A stretch of 64,000 nt of DNA from the human T2T-CHM13v2.0 reference genome, Homo sapiens (GCF_009914755.1 NC_060934.1); one strand, 5' to 3'. Shown: positions 13,908-25,950, counted from the stretch's first letter. Numbers and translations: made by a program. Notes: generated by a model not told the origin, from the letters alone.

Positions 13908-14709
13908 ACTAAAAGCTATTTATTTAGAAGGAAATAATTATATATTTAACAGGAAATTTCTCTGTTTAAATAAGCCTATAATGAATCCTTTGATAAAGCA
14001 AATAAACATTAAACATTGCCTATCCCATTACAAAAGAGAGACTGGTTTACAGATTAATTGATTATTGGTTTGGACAGAGATAACCAGATGTGTTGCTTGG
14101 TTTTTTCCTCATCACAATATGTGGAGGCTTAGAAAGAGACCAGATCAGCTACAGACATGAAGAGAGCCAATTTCATCTACACGTCTCAATTGACTGAGAG
14201 TAAATTTGTAACCCCCTACATACACAAAAATTAGCCATCTTAGGCAGCTGATTTGGTACTGGGCAAGTGGTGCAGACAGGGGCTATTGACATTCAGAGGA
14301 GAAAGAAACCACGTGTAACTCTGATTGTCCTCAAGGCTTCATTTTGAGGAGAATGTGGCTACATCTTGAGCTCAAGAGAGAGGGAGGAGAGGAGCATCCA
14401 CAGGCAGGGCCAGACCGCAGATCCCAGAGCCAGAGGGAGAAGGGACACGGAGGACCAGGAAGAGACAGGCTTGGCTGGAGCACTGGGCTGCTGCCAGGAA
14501 CAGGGACACAAACATGGAAGGAAGGTGAGGACTGGATCAGGAAAGGGCCCAGGCCCAGGGAGATCCTGCCAGGTTTGGGGAAGACAGGGTCCTTTGGGAT
14601 TGTCCGTGGGAGGTAATTTGAAATACTCTACTAGAGTTAGATGAAAAGATGCTGACCAATATGAGAGTAGGCATCAAGATGGCTGGCTTTGCTATTGCTT
14701 TAATTTAAC

Positions 14710-15780
14710 GGTTTGAATAGGTAACATTCATATGGTTAAAATTTCAAAATGGACAATATCATACATAATTTTGAAATGTTTTCACTCTCCTTCCCAGCCA
14801 CCCATTTCTTCTCAGAGGCAACCAATACCATCCCTTTCTTGCTTATTCTTCCAGAGATATTCTGTGCCATGCAGACCAAAAATATTCTCATTCCAATCCT
14901 TTTCTGGTTTACATCAATAGCAGCTTATGATATGCACTATTCTAACCTTGCTTTTTTCATCAAAAAAAAATCTTAAAGATTGTTCCATATCAGAAAATTA
15001 AAAGTTCCCATGTGTTCTATGCTCTTGTAGTATTCCATTATATGGACATACCATGGCATATTTAACAGTCTCCTATTAATGGAAATGTCAATATTTTGCT
15101 CTTAGTAGCAATGGTTCAATGATTGTCCTTACAAATTCACCATGGCACACCTCTAAGTACATCTGTAGGATGTTTCTAGAAGGGGAACTGCCGAGGCAAA
15201 GAATATGTGCATTTGTAGCTTTTTAAAATGTATTTTTAATTGACAAATCATAATTACATCTACAGAGTACAATGTGTTTTATGTATACAATGCGGACTGA
15301 TTAAATCAAGCTAATTAATATATCCATCACCTCATTTACTTGACTTTTTGGTGATGATCTATTTGAAATTCACTCTCTTTGTTATTTTGAAATATACAAT
15401 ACATTATTATTGACTATTATCACCCTGCTGATGGAATCAACCTAAACATCTATCAATAGATGAATGGATAAACCAAATGTAGTGTATATGCACACAATGG
15501 AATATTGTTCGGCCTTAAAAAAAGAATGAAGTTCTGTCATGTGGGACAACATGGATGAATCTAGAGGACACAATGCTAAGTGAAATACGCATTTGTCATA
15601 TCTTGAGACATTGCCCTCGGTGAAACTTGCACCAAATTGCATTCCCACTAGAGGGCCTGTTTCCTTAGAGCCCAGCGAGCTCCCTGGGTTGTCAAACTTT
15701 GATTTTTGGCCAGTACTGAGAGGTGTAGATAGAGAAGCACTGCTTACTCTATTTCTGCTATTTCCTGATAAGTAAAGGGG
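14710..15780 (-). mobile_element. Old L1M (L1ME/MC-like) 3' region hosting a nested L1MA
   Basis: Antisense old-L1 motifs GTAGTATTCCATTATATGGACATACCAT and TTCTAGAAGGGGAACTGCC. The host resumes after 15597 (TTGCCCTC...ACCAAATTGCATTCCCAC). Confidence 0.6.
15220..15588 (-). mobile_element. L1MA-type insertion with 5' inversion
   Basis: 15220-15430 is an antisense L1MA 3' terminus (ATTAAATCAAGCTAATTAATATATCCATCACCTCA). 15431-15587 is sense L1 ORF2-end sequence (ATGGAATCAACCTAA...GATGAATGGATAAA...ATGCTAAGTGAAATA). Flanked by GCATTTGT on both sides. Confidence 0.7.
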
Positions 15781-16239
15781 ACCCCCATGGCTCTCTCCAC
15801 TCCCTGGAAGGTAAAGTCATGTATTAGATTGGTCAATTTGGGAAGCATAACCTTGGTGTACTTCTCTCACCTCCTCCTCTCAGCACAAGCTGCCCCAGAA
15901 AACAGTTCCTTTTCGTTCCTGCCTGAAGCACAGGGAAGCCTGCCTCAGTGCACAGAGACTGAGGACACGCTGTCCCATTCTGGGGTTCGTTGGTGGCTTG
16001 TTTGGCTCTCACACTCAACCTCATCCTACAAATCCACTCTTATCAGTAATTAGGAGGATATTTCAGCCCCCCATCTGCTATTTCCTTCTTTTATTCCTTA
16101 ACTTGTTCATCACTCAAGCAAGAAGAAGTTCAGAGACCCAAGTAAGAGGCTTACATTTTAAAAATTGTTATCTTACTCTGTCCTAAAAATTTACTTCTCA
16201 ACTAGGCAAAATTACCAAAGACTTCAGTTGTTTACCCAA

Positions 16240-16458
16240 GGAGTATTTCTCCAAGTAGAGTCATCTGCCTTCAAATCACTGGGGAATGTAGGGATAGGGA
16301 AACTATTTAAAATGCAGAGTCTAGGCCCATCCCAGAATTTCTGAAATGAAATCATCAGAGGGCAAGAGGGAGAGAGGTGAGGCCCAGAAATCTTCATTTC
16401 ATTACAAACTTCTCTAGAGGATACTGAAGCCTCATAAAGTTTACAAAGCATTACACTA
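16240..16458. mobile_element. MER5-family hAT element
   Basis: TTTAAAATGCAGAGTCTAGGCCCATCCCAGA...GAGGCCCAGAAATCTTCATTT...TAAAGTTTACAAAGCATT. Confidence 0.55.
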
Positions 16459-17269
16459 AATAAAGCAGTACACTAAATTACTAGTCAAGAAAATCCTAGG
16501 TAACTTATGTTATTATCACGACCAAAGCTAACATATCACACAAAGTGAAAGAGACAGCTAAAGAAAATATGATCCAGGAGAGAAAACTTGAAATGTTAAG
16601 AACTTGCAAGTGCCAGCTAAGAATAATAGCAAAGCAATATTCATGAGGCTATTAAAGAAATAGATAAATAGCTTTCTGCCTCTGTTAGGGATGGTACTTC
16701 AAAGCTGAGTGGCATCAAAGAAGAGGGCTGAATAGGACAAATGAAAGCTGTGGGCTTCAATTATTTATTGGCATGGTGAAAAATGAAATTTGGGGGACTC
16801 AGAGCCTTCAACGTATTCTAAACCACTCTTGCCTGGCTAGATTAATTAGTATGTTAAAAGACTGGGTGTTAATTAGTTGCCTTTACACTGCTCTACCTAC
16901 CCACAATACAACTGAGGAGTTATTATCTCCTACTTGTTAATTGGCTATTAACAGCAGGATGCAACTGCTTTGAAAATTATTCCCTTGAAAGTGCTTTAGG
17001 TCTCATGTTGAGAAATGTATCTGTGTACATGTTTGCACATGAGCAAAGAAATAGCCTAGCATGCCGATACTTCCTCATATTTTCTGAACTATGAAGTAGC
17101 TTTCATTCTTTGCATCTAATTGCTCATATCCATACTTCTAAATCAGATATGAACCAGCTTCTTGGCCAACGGAGCTTCCCTAGGCAGGAACAGAACACAC
17201 TGCATTGGTCACATTTGTGTGATTTTATCCGATTTAGTTGAGTAGTTATCTTATTTATGTCTTTTTTAA

Positions 17270-17620
17270 TTTATGCTATTAAATATAAATCAGATATAAT
17301 TAAATATCATTAAATATGTTACATATAATAATATTAGAAGGTTTATGACTAATTTTTATGGAGGTAAAAACACATTCGCATGTGTTAACATAGTTTGATG
17401 TGACTTTACATCTCTATACACCTACATAACTTCTGCACATGGTGCCATTCCCAGAATGTTCTCTAGGGCCAATCCCAAGTCTATATCCAACCCCCAGAGG
17501 CAACTACTATTCTGTCATTTTGGCAATGTTGCCCCATTTTGAACTTGATATAAAGCCATATAATATTCATTCTTTTTTGGCTGACTTCTTTCCTCAACAT
17601 AATATCTGTAAGATTATCAC
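17270..17620 (-). mobile_element. Old L1M fragment
   Basis: CCCCAGAGGCAACTACTATTCTG...CATTTTGAACTTGATATAAA...TTCTTTCCTCAACATAATATCTGTAAGATT. Confidence 0.6.
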
Positions 17621-17658
17621 TAGTCTTGGGTTAAGTTTTACTAGCAAACCCTTAGCCA

Positions 17659-17700
17659 GGGGAGAGCTGGCACTTCCATGGGGAGAGCTGGCACTTCCAT
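17659..17700. repeat. Perfect 21-bp tandem duplication GGGGAGAGCTGGCACTTCCAT x2
   Basis: Copies at 17659-17679 and 17680-17700, seen directly. Confidence 0.95.
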
Positions 17701-17959
17701 GAGAAGCCGTACTAAAGCAGAGTAGCTCATGCTTCATTCTGGGGACCATGGGTTCTAAGGAGTTTGCATGTGCTCCCCTCTGGAACAGGATGGAAGTGGC
17801 ATTGCCCAGATGGAGTTTCTAGTAGCTCAGGAAGACGGGTGAGGCTAGCCCAGCTGGAGAATCATTTCCTCTGTTTTGACACCCTCTTGGCATTGAGTCC
17901 CTAAAAGCTGAGCACTGGCCTTGCCTCCATTGCACCCTTAATAAGCTTGCTATTCCCTA

Positions 17960-18147
17960 CAACTGTGTTCAAAAACATCAACAAGCATCAGAATCACTTG
18001 TAGAGCCTGTTAGACCACAGACTGTGGGGTCCCAACCCCAGAGTGATTGATTCAATAGATCAGGACGGATGCCCCAAATTTGTGTTTTTAAAAAGTTCTC
18101 AAGGGTGATGATGCTGCTCTGGGGACCACACTTGAAGACCCACTGCT
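17960..18147. mobile_element. MER5A
   Basis: GCATCAGAATCACTTGTAGAGCCTGTTA...GATGCTGCTCTGGGGACCACACTTGAAGACCCACTGC. Confidence 0.75.
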
Positions 18148-18178
18148 CCATAGCCGCACTCAGGACTGGGGCGATTAT

Positions 18179-18896
18179 GTTACTTAGATAAGGCAGGACA
18201 TTGCCTACTTTGGTAAGCTCACTGTCAAAGATGAGCAAAGTCAGACAGTGAAGTAGTGAAAAGGATTGTATTAGGTATCCACTGACCATAGGGGAAAGAG
18301 CTGAGCTCCAATCCAGTTTATGATTTGCACAGAGGTGACTGGACTTTTTAAAGGGAGAATGAGAGAGTAGGGAAGGGAAGATGTCCCAAGCAGAGTCAGG
18401 GAAGAGAAAAATGGCAAAGAGTTGATGGGTGAAAATGTAATTAGGCCAGCTGGCTTGGCTGGCTGGCTGGCTATTATGGAAGGTAGGATTTCTAACTCCT
18501 CACAGAGATTGTGAGACAGAGCCCCTATCTTTCTGATGATCACATTTCAAAGAATGGCTTTCAGGTCCTTGAGAAAGACAAGCCTACATTATAGGAAATA
18601 TGTATACATGTCAAAGGGACAAAGGAAAAATTCACAAGCATGAAGTCCTTTTCAGGAAAGGGAGATCATGAGCCTCTCATGATGTGGTGTCAGTTAGAGC
18701 AAACAATTTCATATGACAGCCCTGAGCTTTTCTAGACAGAAACTGAAAAGGAGACTGGGTTATCCCAGGGACATGGCCTTAGGTTGCTAGAGGGGTTGAC
18801 AAACCCCTCTAGCAGGGGTTCATCAGGTCTCATCAAGTCTCTTAGTGCAGGGGTTTGGAGAGTCATTATTTGCCAGGAGTTCTTTGAAGTTCTTCA
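18179..18896 (-). mobile_element. ERV1 (MER4-group) solo LTR, subfamily uncertain
   Basis: CTGATGATCACATTTCAAAGAATGGCTTTCAGGTCCTTGAGAAAGACA and GAAAGAGCTGAGCTCCAA are typical of MER4-group LTRs. TG...CA ends approximate. Confidence 0.55.
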
Positions 18897-19203
18897 CCAC
18901 CCAAGTGGAAAATGGAAACTCCCCAACACATACACTGGCCCCACTGACCCTAGATAGCTCTGGATTTTCCCATTCTCTTTCTTTCCTCACTGAGTCACTG
19001 TTTCTCATCTCTCTTTATATACCATGGCTTTAATGTAGAGGAAATCAAAACTAGCACTCCTAATTCTGAGGAACTTAAAAATGTACCCATAAATGCTAAC
19101 CAAATGACTACAGCTACAGGATATTTACTGAGTACAATATCCCTATTGGTGGAGGATCCGGGTAGTAAAAAGCTATTTCCACCTTACCCAGGTCATCCTG
19201 TAG

Positions 19204-20362
19204 CAGAGGCTTTTAAAATGTGGTTTGTGGACTCCTGAAAACTCCCTCGGGACTCTTTCAGGGAGTCTTCAATGTCAAAATATTTTTTAATAATAAAATT
19301 AAATGTTATTTGTTTTTTGTTACCATGTTGACATTTCCAGTGACAGCATAAAAGCAATGGCAGGTAAAATTGCTGGTGCCCTAGCACAAATCAAAGCAGT
19401 GGGTCCACAATGTACTACTAGTCATTGCATTCTTCACTGCCATATATGCCCCATTTTTTTAAATGCCAGTTTTAACTAAGAAATTCCTTTATGAAGTAGT
19501 AAAAACAATATTAATTTTATTAAATCACAACCTTTGAGTACACGTCTTTCTAATATTGTGTGACAAAATGGGAAGGCTACATAAAAAATTCTGCTACCTA
19601 GCAAAGTTTAATAGCAGTTTCGTAGAAAAGTGTTTGTGTGATGACTTAAGTTACTAGCTAAACTAGCCACTTTTTTCATGGAACATAATTTTTACTGGAA
19701 AGGAGAAATGACAGACAAACTATAGCTATTTAGACTTAGATAATTAGTAGAAATTTTCTCAAAAATAAATGAAGAAAGTTTGTCATTTCAAGGGTAATAA
19801 ATAATATCATTTGTTTTGCTAATTTTAAAATGGAAACTTTGTAGTTGAAATTGAAATTTTGGAAAACTCACATCTACTGTCATGAGTGTGACAGTTCTCA
19901 ATATTTAAATACTTTATGAACTCAGCAGTGATATTAATAAATGTGACTTGACAATTTATTATATGAAATGAATCCACCTTATGAAGATGTATTTCAGAAG
20001 ATCATTATTTTCCACATGGTCAATGTTGTTACAAAATCATGCATTATAAAAAAAAATTCATTCAAAGTGCAAGATAGACCAATAGGTTTTAATGTAACAG
20101 AATACAAAATTTTCATTGATATGGTTTCACATTCTACATCATTACTAACCTCTAAGAAATATCACTTGTCAAGTTTTGATGTAGTATGAAAAAATAGCCA
20201 CAATTATCTGAAAAGCTATTAAATTACTCTTCCCTTTTCCACCCACATATCTATGTGAGACCAGATTTTCTTCATATATTTCAATCTAAATAACACATTA
20301 TATCTCATTGAATGAAGAAGCACATATAAGAATATAGCTGCATTCTATTAGGCCAGACATCA
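19204..20362 (+). mobile_element. Charlie1a-like hAT DNA transposon (3' incomplete)
   Basis: Charlie1-type left end (AAAATGTGGTTTGTGGACTCCTG...GACTCTTTCAGGGAGTC...TCAAAATATTTT). Degenerate transposase-derived body including CTAGCCACTTTTTTCATGGAACA and GTGAGACCAGATTTTCTTCATATA. Confidence 0.8.
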
Positions 20363-22045
20363 TCTAATTTAATCATTCATTGGCACATATACTCCATGTC
20401 ATGCTTCCTGGGCCTGACAGGTCCTCTCTTTGATCAGACTTTATCAGCATAATTGAACACTGGAAAAGAAGCATTCTGAGGGCAGCCACTTGGATCAGAG
20501 GAAACAAACCATGAGAATGCACTGATGCAATTTTCAAAATACTTTGTTGAAATGCAAAATTGAAACAATGAAATATTTTATTACTTTAAAAAATGGCAGA
20601 TGTTTTTATTATTATTATTACTAGGATTACTGTATATGCCACCCGGACAGAAATGCTTTCTTGAATATTGCTCATGGAAGCATTATTCAGCACAAACTTT
20701 CTGGAAGACTGGCAGTTATGGATGTTAAAATCCATACCTAATGTTACAGCACTGTAAGACTAGCACAGTTTCAGGGGTCACCATTCTAATTTACTTGGAG
20801 TTGACATCTAGGTGAAGTTGGCATGGCCAAAAGTAGTGACTCTACAAGCATACCCTTTGACCCAGAAATTCCACTTGTAGGAGCTTTTTCCTAAGCAAAC
20901 GATTAAGGATACTTGCCAAAACTAAAGTCCTCATCACAACGTAACCTACAGTGGTGCAAAATGAAGAAAAGCATAAAGAATCCATAATAAATGAAGTAAA
21001 TTAGTACATCTCTACCTCAATTACTAGGAATGAGATGGGAAGTGTATATTCAGTGACCTTTAATGACATAGCATTTAGGTATCATGTGGCTAAAACAGTA
21101 TATATGAGAAAATTTGCATTAGAAACTGTAGTCAAACACATTTGAGCGTCACCATATTGTAGTAGTAAACTATGCAGCTCTGCAATCAGATTGCCTTGTT
21201 CAAATACAGGCTTTGACTGTTTTTTACAAAGGGGTTTTGGGTAAAGAACTTTGCCAAGTGGATTTGGAATGTGGTTGCTGCTTATAGTAATGAGCACCCA
21301 AAGAGAGTAGAGAGAGATAAAGAAGGGCTCCATTTTTCCATCTCAACAAAAACTCATGAGAACAATGTCTCTCCAAATCTTCCCATACCAGAGAATTCCT
21401 GGTTGGCTCCAGCCATGACTGCACTCAACAGCGTTCACAGCTACATAGCCACAACCTACCTCCTGGCCACATTTGTATCAAGATGCCCAGTCCATGTTGC
21501 TGATATTTACTTACTACTGGTAATTTGGCTTCTCTAAAGTTGACAGTTTGTTTTATTTGTATTTTAAAAATTTATTTGCATATCATCAGAGAGTATTCCT
21601 GGTTTGCTTTTGGAGCAAAATACCAAACTATAGACACAAAAATATCCCAGCAACTATTATCATTAGCTTGTTTTCCTTAGCACTGAAGTAACTCCCTGAA
21701 ACTTGCTAGTGATTATTTGATAACAAGATCACCACGTTGTCTGTAAAATGGTGATCTAACTAAATAGGCTAATTTTCTCACTTTTTAGAAATTCTTCCCT
21801 GCTAGGTTATCCTGAGAATAGGACCTGAGCTTTGAAATCTGTGAAGAAAATTATTCCAAAGCTCAAAACTCTCCTTCACCATTACTGCAGGCCTCCTTAG
21901 CCCTGACCTTTCTCACTGGCACTGACTGTAGTTGACAGTGTTGCTGACTTTCCTCCTTGGCACTGGGGGGATGGTACTTCTTTGGCCCACTTGAGGTCAG
22001 GTGCAGCTAGGCCAGTTAGTTTGTGCAATGAAATGAGAGGAGGAG

Positions 22046-22414
22046 TGTATTAGTCTGTTCTCATGCCACTAATAAAGAATAAATTTACCCAAGACTGGGT
22101 AATTTATAAAGGAAAGAGGTTTAATTAACTCACAGTTCCACATGGCTGGGGAGGCCTCACAATTATGACAGAAGGTGAATGAGGAGCAAAGTCATGTCTT
22201 ACACGGCGGCAGGCAAGAGAGTTTATGCAGGAGAACTCCCTTTTATGAAACCATTAGCTCTCACGAGACTTATTCACTACCACGAGAACAGCATGGGAAA
22301 GACCCACCCTCATTATTCAGTTTCCTCCCACTGGGTGCCTCCCACAATACATGGGAATTATGGGAGCTACAATCCAACATGAGATTTGGGTGGGGACACA
22401 ACCAAATCATATCA
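22046..22414 (-). mobile_element. THE1 (B/C-like) MaLR solo LTR
   Basis: TGTATTAGTCTGTTCTCATG...GAGATTTGGGTGGGGACACAACCAAATCATATCA, with a perfect 5-bp TSD AGGAG (22041-22045 / 22415-22419). Confidence 0.92.
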
Positions 22415-22604
22415 AGGAGTAATGTGTCATTTCTGGGTGGAAGTTTTAATCCCCAGTGTGAAATTATCCACTGCTCCCTTTGCCCCAACACAACCAACCT
22501 TGATGTTCCACATGGTGGAGGCACCATTATCTAACGTTTTTGAGGGAGGATGACATGGAACAGCCTCCTAGAATGGGGAAAGATAAACCATTGTTGTTTT
22601 AACT

Positions 22605-22816
22605 CAGGAAACTTTCTCTCTAAAGGAGTAAAGAGTAAATATTTTCAACTTTGCAAGCCATTTGGTTTCTATCACAACTGTTTAACTCTGCTATATGTGG
22701 CACAAAGCAGTCTTGGATGATATGTAAATGCATGAGTGTGGCTGTGTTCTAACAAAACTTTACTTATAAACACAGGAAATAGCCAAATTTGACCCTGGAT
22801 CATAGTTTCCTACCTG
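22605..22816. mobile_element. MER58A
   Basis: CAGG...CCTG ends, GGCTGTGTTCTAACAAAACTTTACTTATAAA core, imperfect 8-bp TSD TTTTAACT/TTTTAAGC. Confidence 0.75.
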
Positions 22817-23239
22817 TTTTAAGCCACTGAAATGTTAAGGTTATTTGTTACCACAGCATAACCTAGCTTTGACTGACCAACAAAATAACAATAGGATTTT
22901 AGGGCAACATACTTGAAAAACAAGTTCCAGGCAGTGGCACAATTTATTATGGTGACTTAGATCATGGTAAAAAGTCTTTTGAAGTAACAGTCCTTTGAAG
23001 CCAAAGTGCCTAGCCAAAGCAAAAGCAGCTTGGAAAAGTGGATGAGACATGAGGAAAAAATAGAAAGGTATTAACAAAGGAGAAATCAGACCTGTCGTGC
23101 TAGTTGAAGGCAGGTGGTTCGATCACCTTAGGAGCTGCCAGTGCACTTCAGAGCCACTAAGAACACATTCTCCAACCCCTTCCCACTATGCTAGACCTAA
23201 CATGTTCCAGATAGAAGTCCCTTTCCAGGAGAAAACCTC

Positions 23240-23415
23240 TTCAGCATTGATTCTCAATCAGAATCACCTGAGGGTTGGTCCAAAACCTCTACTGAGAGAG
23301 GACTCTGCTCCCAGAGTTTCTGATTCAGAAGCTCTGGGGCAGGGTCAGAACATTTGCACAGGTAACAAACATGATGCTGCTGGTCCAAGAGCTATACTTC
23401 GAGATCCACTATTTC
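23240..23415. mobile_element. MER5A-like
   Basis: ATCAGAATCACCTGAGGG...CCCAGAGTTTCTGATTCAGAAG...GATGCTGCTGGTCC. Confidence 0.65.
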
Positions 23416-23509
23416 ACAGTGAGTAGAAGTCCCACCTCGGGAAAACACAGAAAGGAACCCTCAGATTCAAAAACAACCTACGTTCTCAGAGTGTGTTTTA
23501 CTCTTGCTT

Positions 23510-23720
23510 AAGGGTGATGGTTTTAATGTTAGAGTGACCCAGATTCAAATCCTGTCGCTGACCTGACTAGCAGTGTGACCTTGGACAGTTACTTCTCCAG
23601 GTCTCAGGCCTCTCTTCAGGAAAAACATAGGAACAATATCTACCCCACAGAGGTGCTGACTGTGAAGGAAGTGACATTTGTCAGGCTTCTAGAATGCTAC
23701 CTTGCTCGGTAGGTGATTTC
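23510..23720 (+). mobile_element. MIR
   Basis: GATTCAAATCCTG...ACTAGCAGTGTGACCTTGGACAGTTACTT. Confidence 0.7.
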
Positions 23721-23907
23721 CCTAAATTGCAAATGTGGACAAGGTCCAACACTTTGGGAACCAAGCATCAAGGGCCATTTCATCCATCTTTGAGATCATG
23801 TGTCCTCAGCAAGGATGATATCATTCCCAAGGCAGTAAAAGTTGGTTCTTGGGGAAGGGGTGAAAATCTGGACTCTTTAAAACAGATATACAGTATAATA
23901 TCGATGG

Positions 23908-24219
23908 CAGCAGTCCCCGACCTTTTTGGCACAAGGGACCTGTTTCGTGGAAGACAATTTTTCCGCTTACAAGGCAAGGGGTGAGGGCGTGGGGTATGGT
24001 TTCAGGATGAAACTGTTTCACCTCAGCTCATCAGGCATTAGTTAGATTCTGCAGTTCACAATAGGGTTTGTGCTCCTACGAGAATCTAATGCCACCACTT
24101 ATCTGACCAGAGACGGAGCTCAGGTGGTAATGCTAGCTTACGCACCACTCACCTCCTGCTGTGAAGCCTGGTTTCTAAGGATCTGTGGTGCCATGGCCCC
24201 CAGGGGTTGGGGACCCCTC
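23908..24219. mobile_element. MER1B hAT-Charlie element
   Basis: CAGCAGTCCCCGACCTTTTTGGCACAAGGGACC...TCATCAGGCATTAGTTAGATTCT...GGGGTTGGGGACCCCT. Confidence 0.85.
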
Positions 24220-24578
24220 ATCTATGGGATTCATCTACGGTATGAAAATTTCATGGAGAGGGTGCAATTATGAAAATATACATATACATAAAATGTTTCT
24301 TTAGCTTTGATAATAAAACAAGGAGAAATACTGTTTCAGATGGTGTGTCATAAAAGTTGAGTAACCGGCTCAAGGTCACACAGATTCAAGGTAGCAAAGC
24401 CTGATGATGCCAGGTCTTAACTCCAAATCCAGTGTTCTCATCCCAACATGATTTTGCCATTTACAAATAGTATCATAACACAGCATAAAAAATAAAGGAG
24501 AAGAAGAGGAGAAAATGAGATTCCCTCCCCCCAAAAAATAGCATGACATCATGCTTACTTGACTTTACCTAACTTAGC

Positions 24579-24919
24579 TGTCTTAGTTCATTTTGTGCTG
24601 CTCTAACAGAATACCTGAGATGGGCAATTTATAATGAATGGAACTGCATTGGCTGACAGTTCTGGAGGCTGGGAAGTCCAATAGCAAGGCTCTGGAATCT
24701 GGCTAGGGCCTTCTTGCTGCATCATCACATGGCAGAAGGCAGAAGGGCAAAGAGGCAAAAGGGGTCAAACTTGCCCTTTTATAACAGCATCAATCACACC
24801 TGTGAAGGCAGAGCCCTATGGCCCTATCATCTCCTAAAGGTCCCTCCTCCTGACATCACCACAACAGCAAACAAATTTTAACATGAGTTTCAGAAGGGAT
24901 AGACATTGAAACCATAGCA
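24579..24919 (-). mobile_element. MaLR solo LTR (MST-like)
   Basis: TGTCTTAGTTCATTTTGTGCTGC...CATTGAAACCATAGCA, with near-perfect 5-bp TSD TTAGC/CTAGC. Confidence 0.85.
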
Positions 24920-25121
24920 CTAGCACAGAGCAAGAGTGTGTTTTGTTTGTTTTTAATTTCCTTGGGTGCGCACTTTTGAGGCTAGAACTGATGTAAGAAA
25001 CAGTATGCAAGAATGCAAAACACATTGGAATCAGACAGACTTGGATTTGAGTCCTAGCTCTGCCACTTACCGATTGGGCAATCTTAGCCCGTTACTCAGT
25101 CCCATGAGACATCATCTATAA

Positions 25122-25343
25122 CAGGGAACAGCAGACTTGTCTGTAAAGGGCAAAATAATATTTTAGGTTTTGCCAGCCATAACAAGTGGTCTCTGTTGCA
25201 ATTACTCTACTCTGCTGTGTAGCATGAAAGCAGTCATAGACAATATGTAAATTAATAATCTTGGGTGTGTTTCGATAAAACTTTATCTACAGAACAAGGT
25301 GGCAGGCTAGCTTTGGCCCAATGGGTATAGTTTGCCCACTCTG
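25122..25343. mobile_element. MER58A
   Basis: CAGGGAACAGCAGACTTGTCTGTAAAGGGC...GGGTATAGTTTGCCCACTCTG, with 8-bp TSD ATCTATAA/ATCTACAA. Confidence 0.8.
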
Positions 25344-25374
25344 ATCTACAAGATAGGGGTGATGATACCAACAA

Positions 25375-25950
25375 TTTTGGATAACTATGGCTGCTTAATA
25401 AACCACCCCATGACTGAATGGCTTAAAACAATGTTAAATTATTCCTCACCATTCTGTGGGTCAAGAACTCAGGCAGGGTTCAGATGGGTAGTTCTTTGTT
25501 CTAGTGGCATCAGCAGAGATCACTCACTCAGCTGTATTCAGTAGCAGCTAGGAGGGATGCATGCTAAGAAAGCTTCTCCACCTTGGCCGGTGCTTTCCCA
25601 TGTGGCCTCTTGCTCTCTCTCCACTGGTGTCTCATCATTCAGGAGTCCAGCCTGGGTCCCTCCCACAATACATGGGAATTATGGGAGCTACAGTCCAAGA
25701 TGAGATTTGGGTGGGGCCATCTTTACATGGGGCCTGGCTTCCCCGGAGAGAATATGAAACCTCCCAGGCTTCTTAAAGAACAGGTCTGAAAATGACATAG
25801 TGTTGTTTCTGCCACACTCTCGTGGCCAAAGCAAGTCACAAAGGCATCTCAGATTCAAGAGAAGAGCAAAGAGGCTGTTGGTAGGAAGAGGCAGTATGTG
25901 TGTAAGGGAGACAGAGGAATTGCTTGCAGACATCCTTCAAGAGTATGGAC
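25375..25950 (-). mobile_element. MLT1 (G/H-like) LTR carrying an inserted 65-bp THE1 segment
   Basis: AAACCACCCCATGACTGAATGGCTTAAAACAA...TTCTGTGGGTCAAGAACTCAGGCAGGG...GGCCAAAGCAAGTCACAAAGGC. Confidence 0.75.

Larger units (their letters stand above)
21925..22885 (+). mobile_element. Old MLT1 (I/J/K-like) LTR, split by THE1 and MER58A
   Basis: GCCCACTTGAGGTCAGG...GCAATGAAATGAGAG on the left, AATGTGTCATTTCTGGGTGGAAG after THE1, and the end TTTAAGCCACTGAAATG...TTTGTTACCACAGCATAACCTAGC. Confidence 0.65.
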
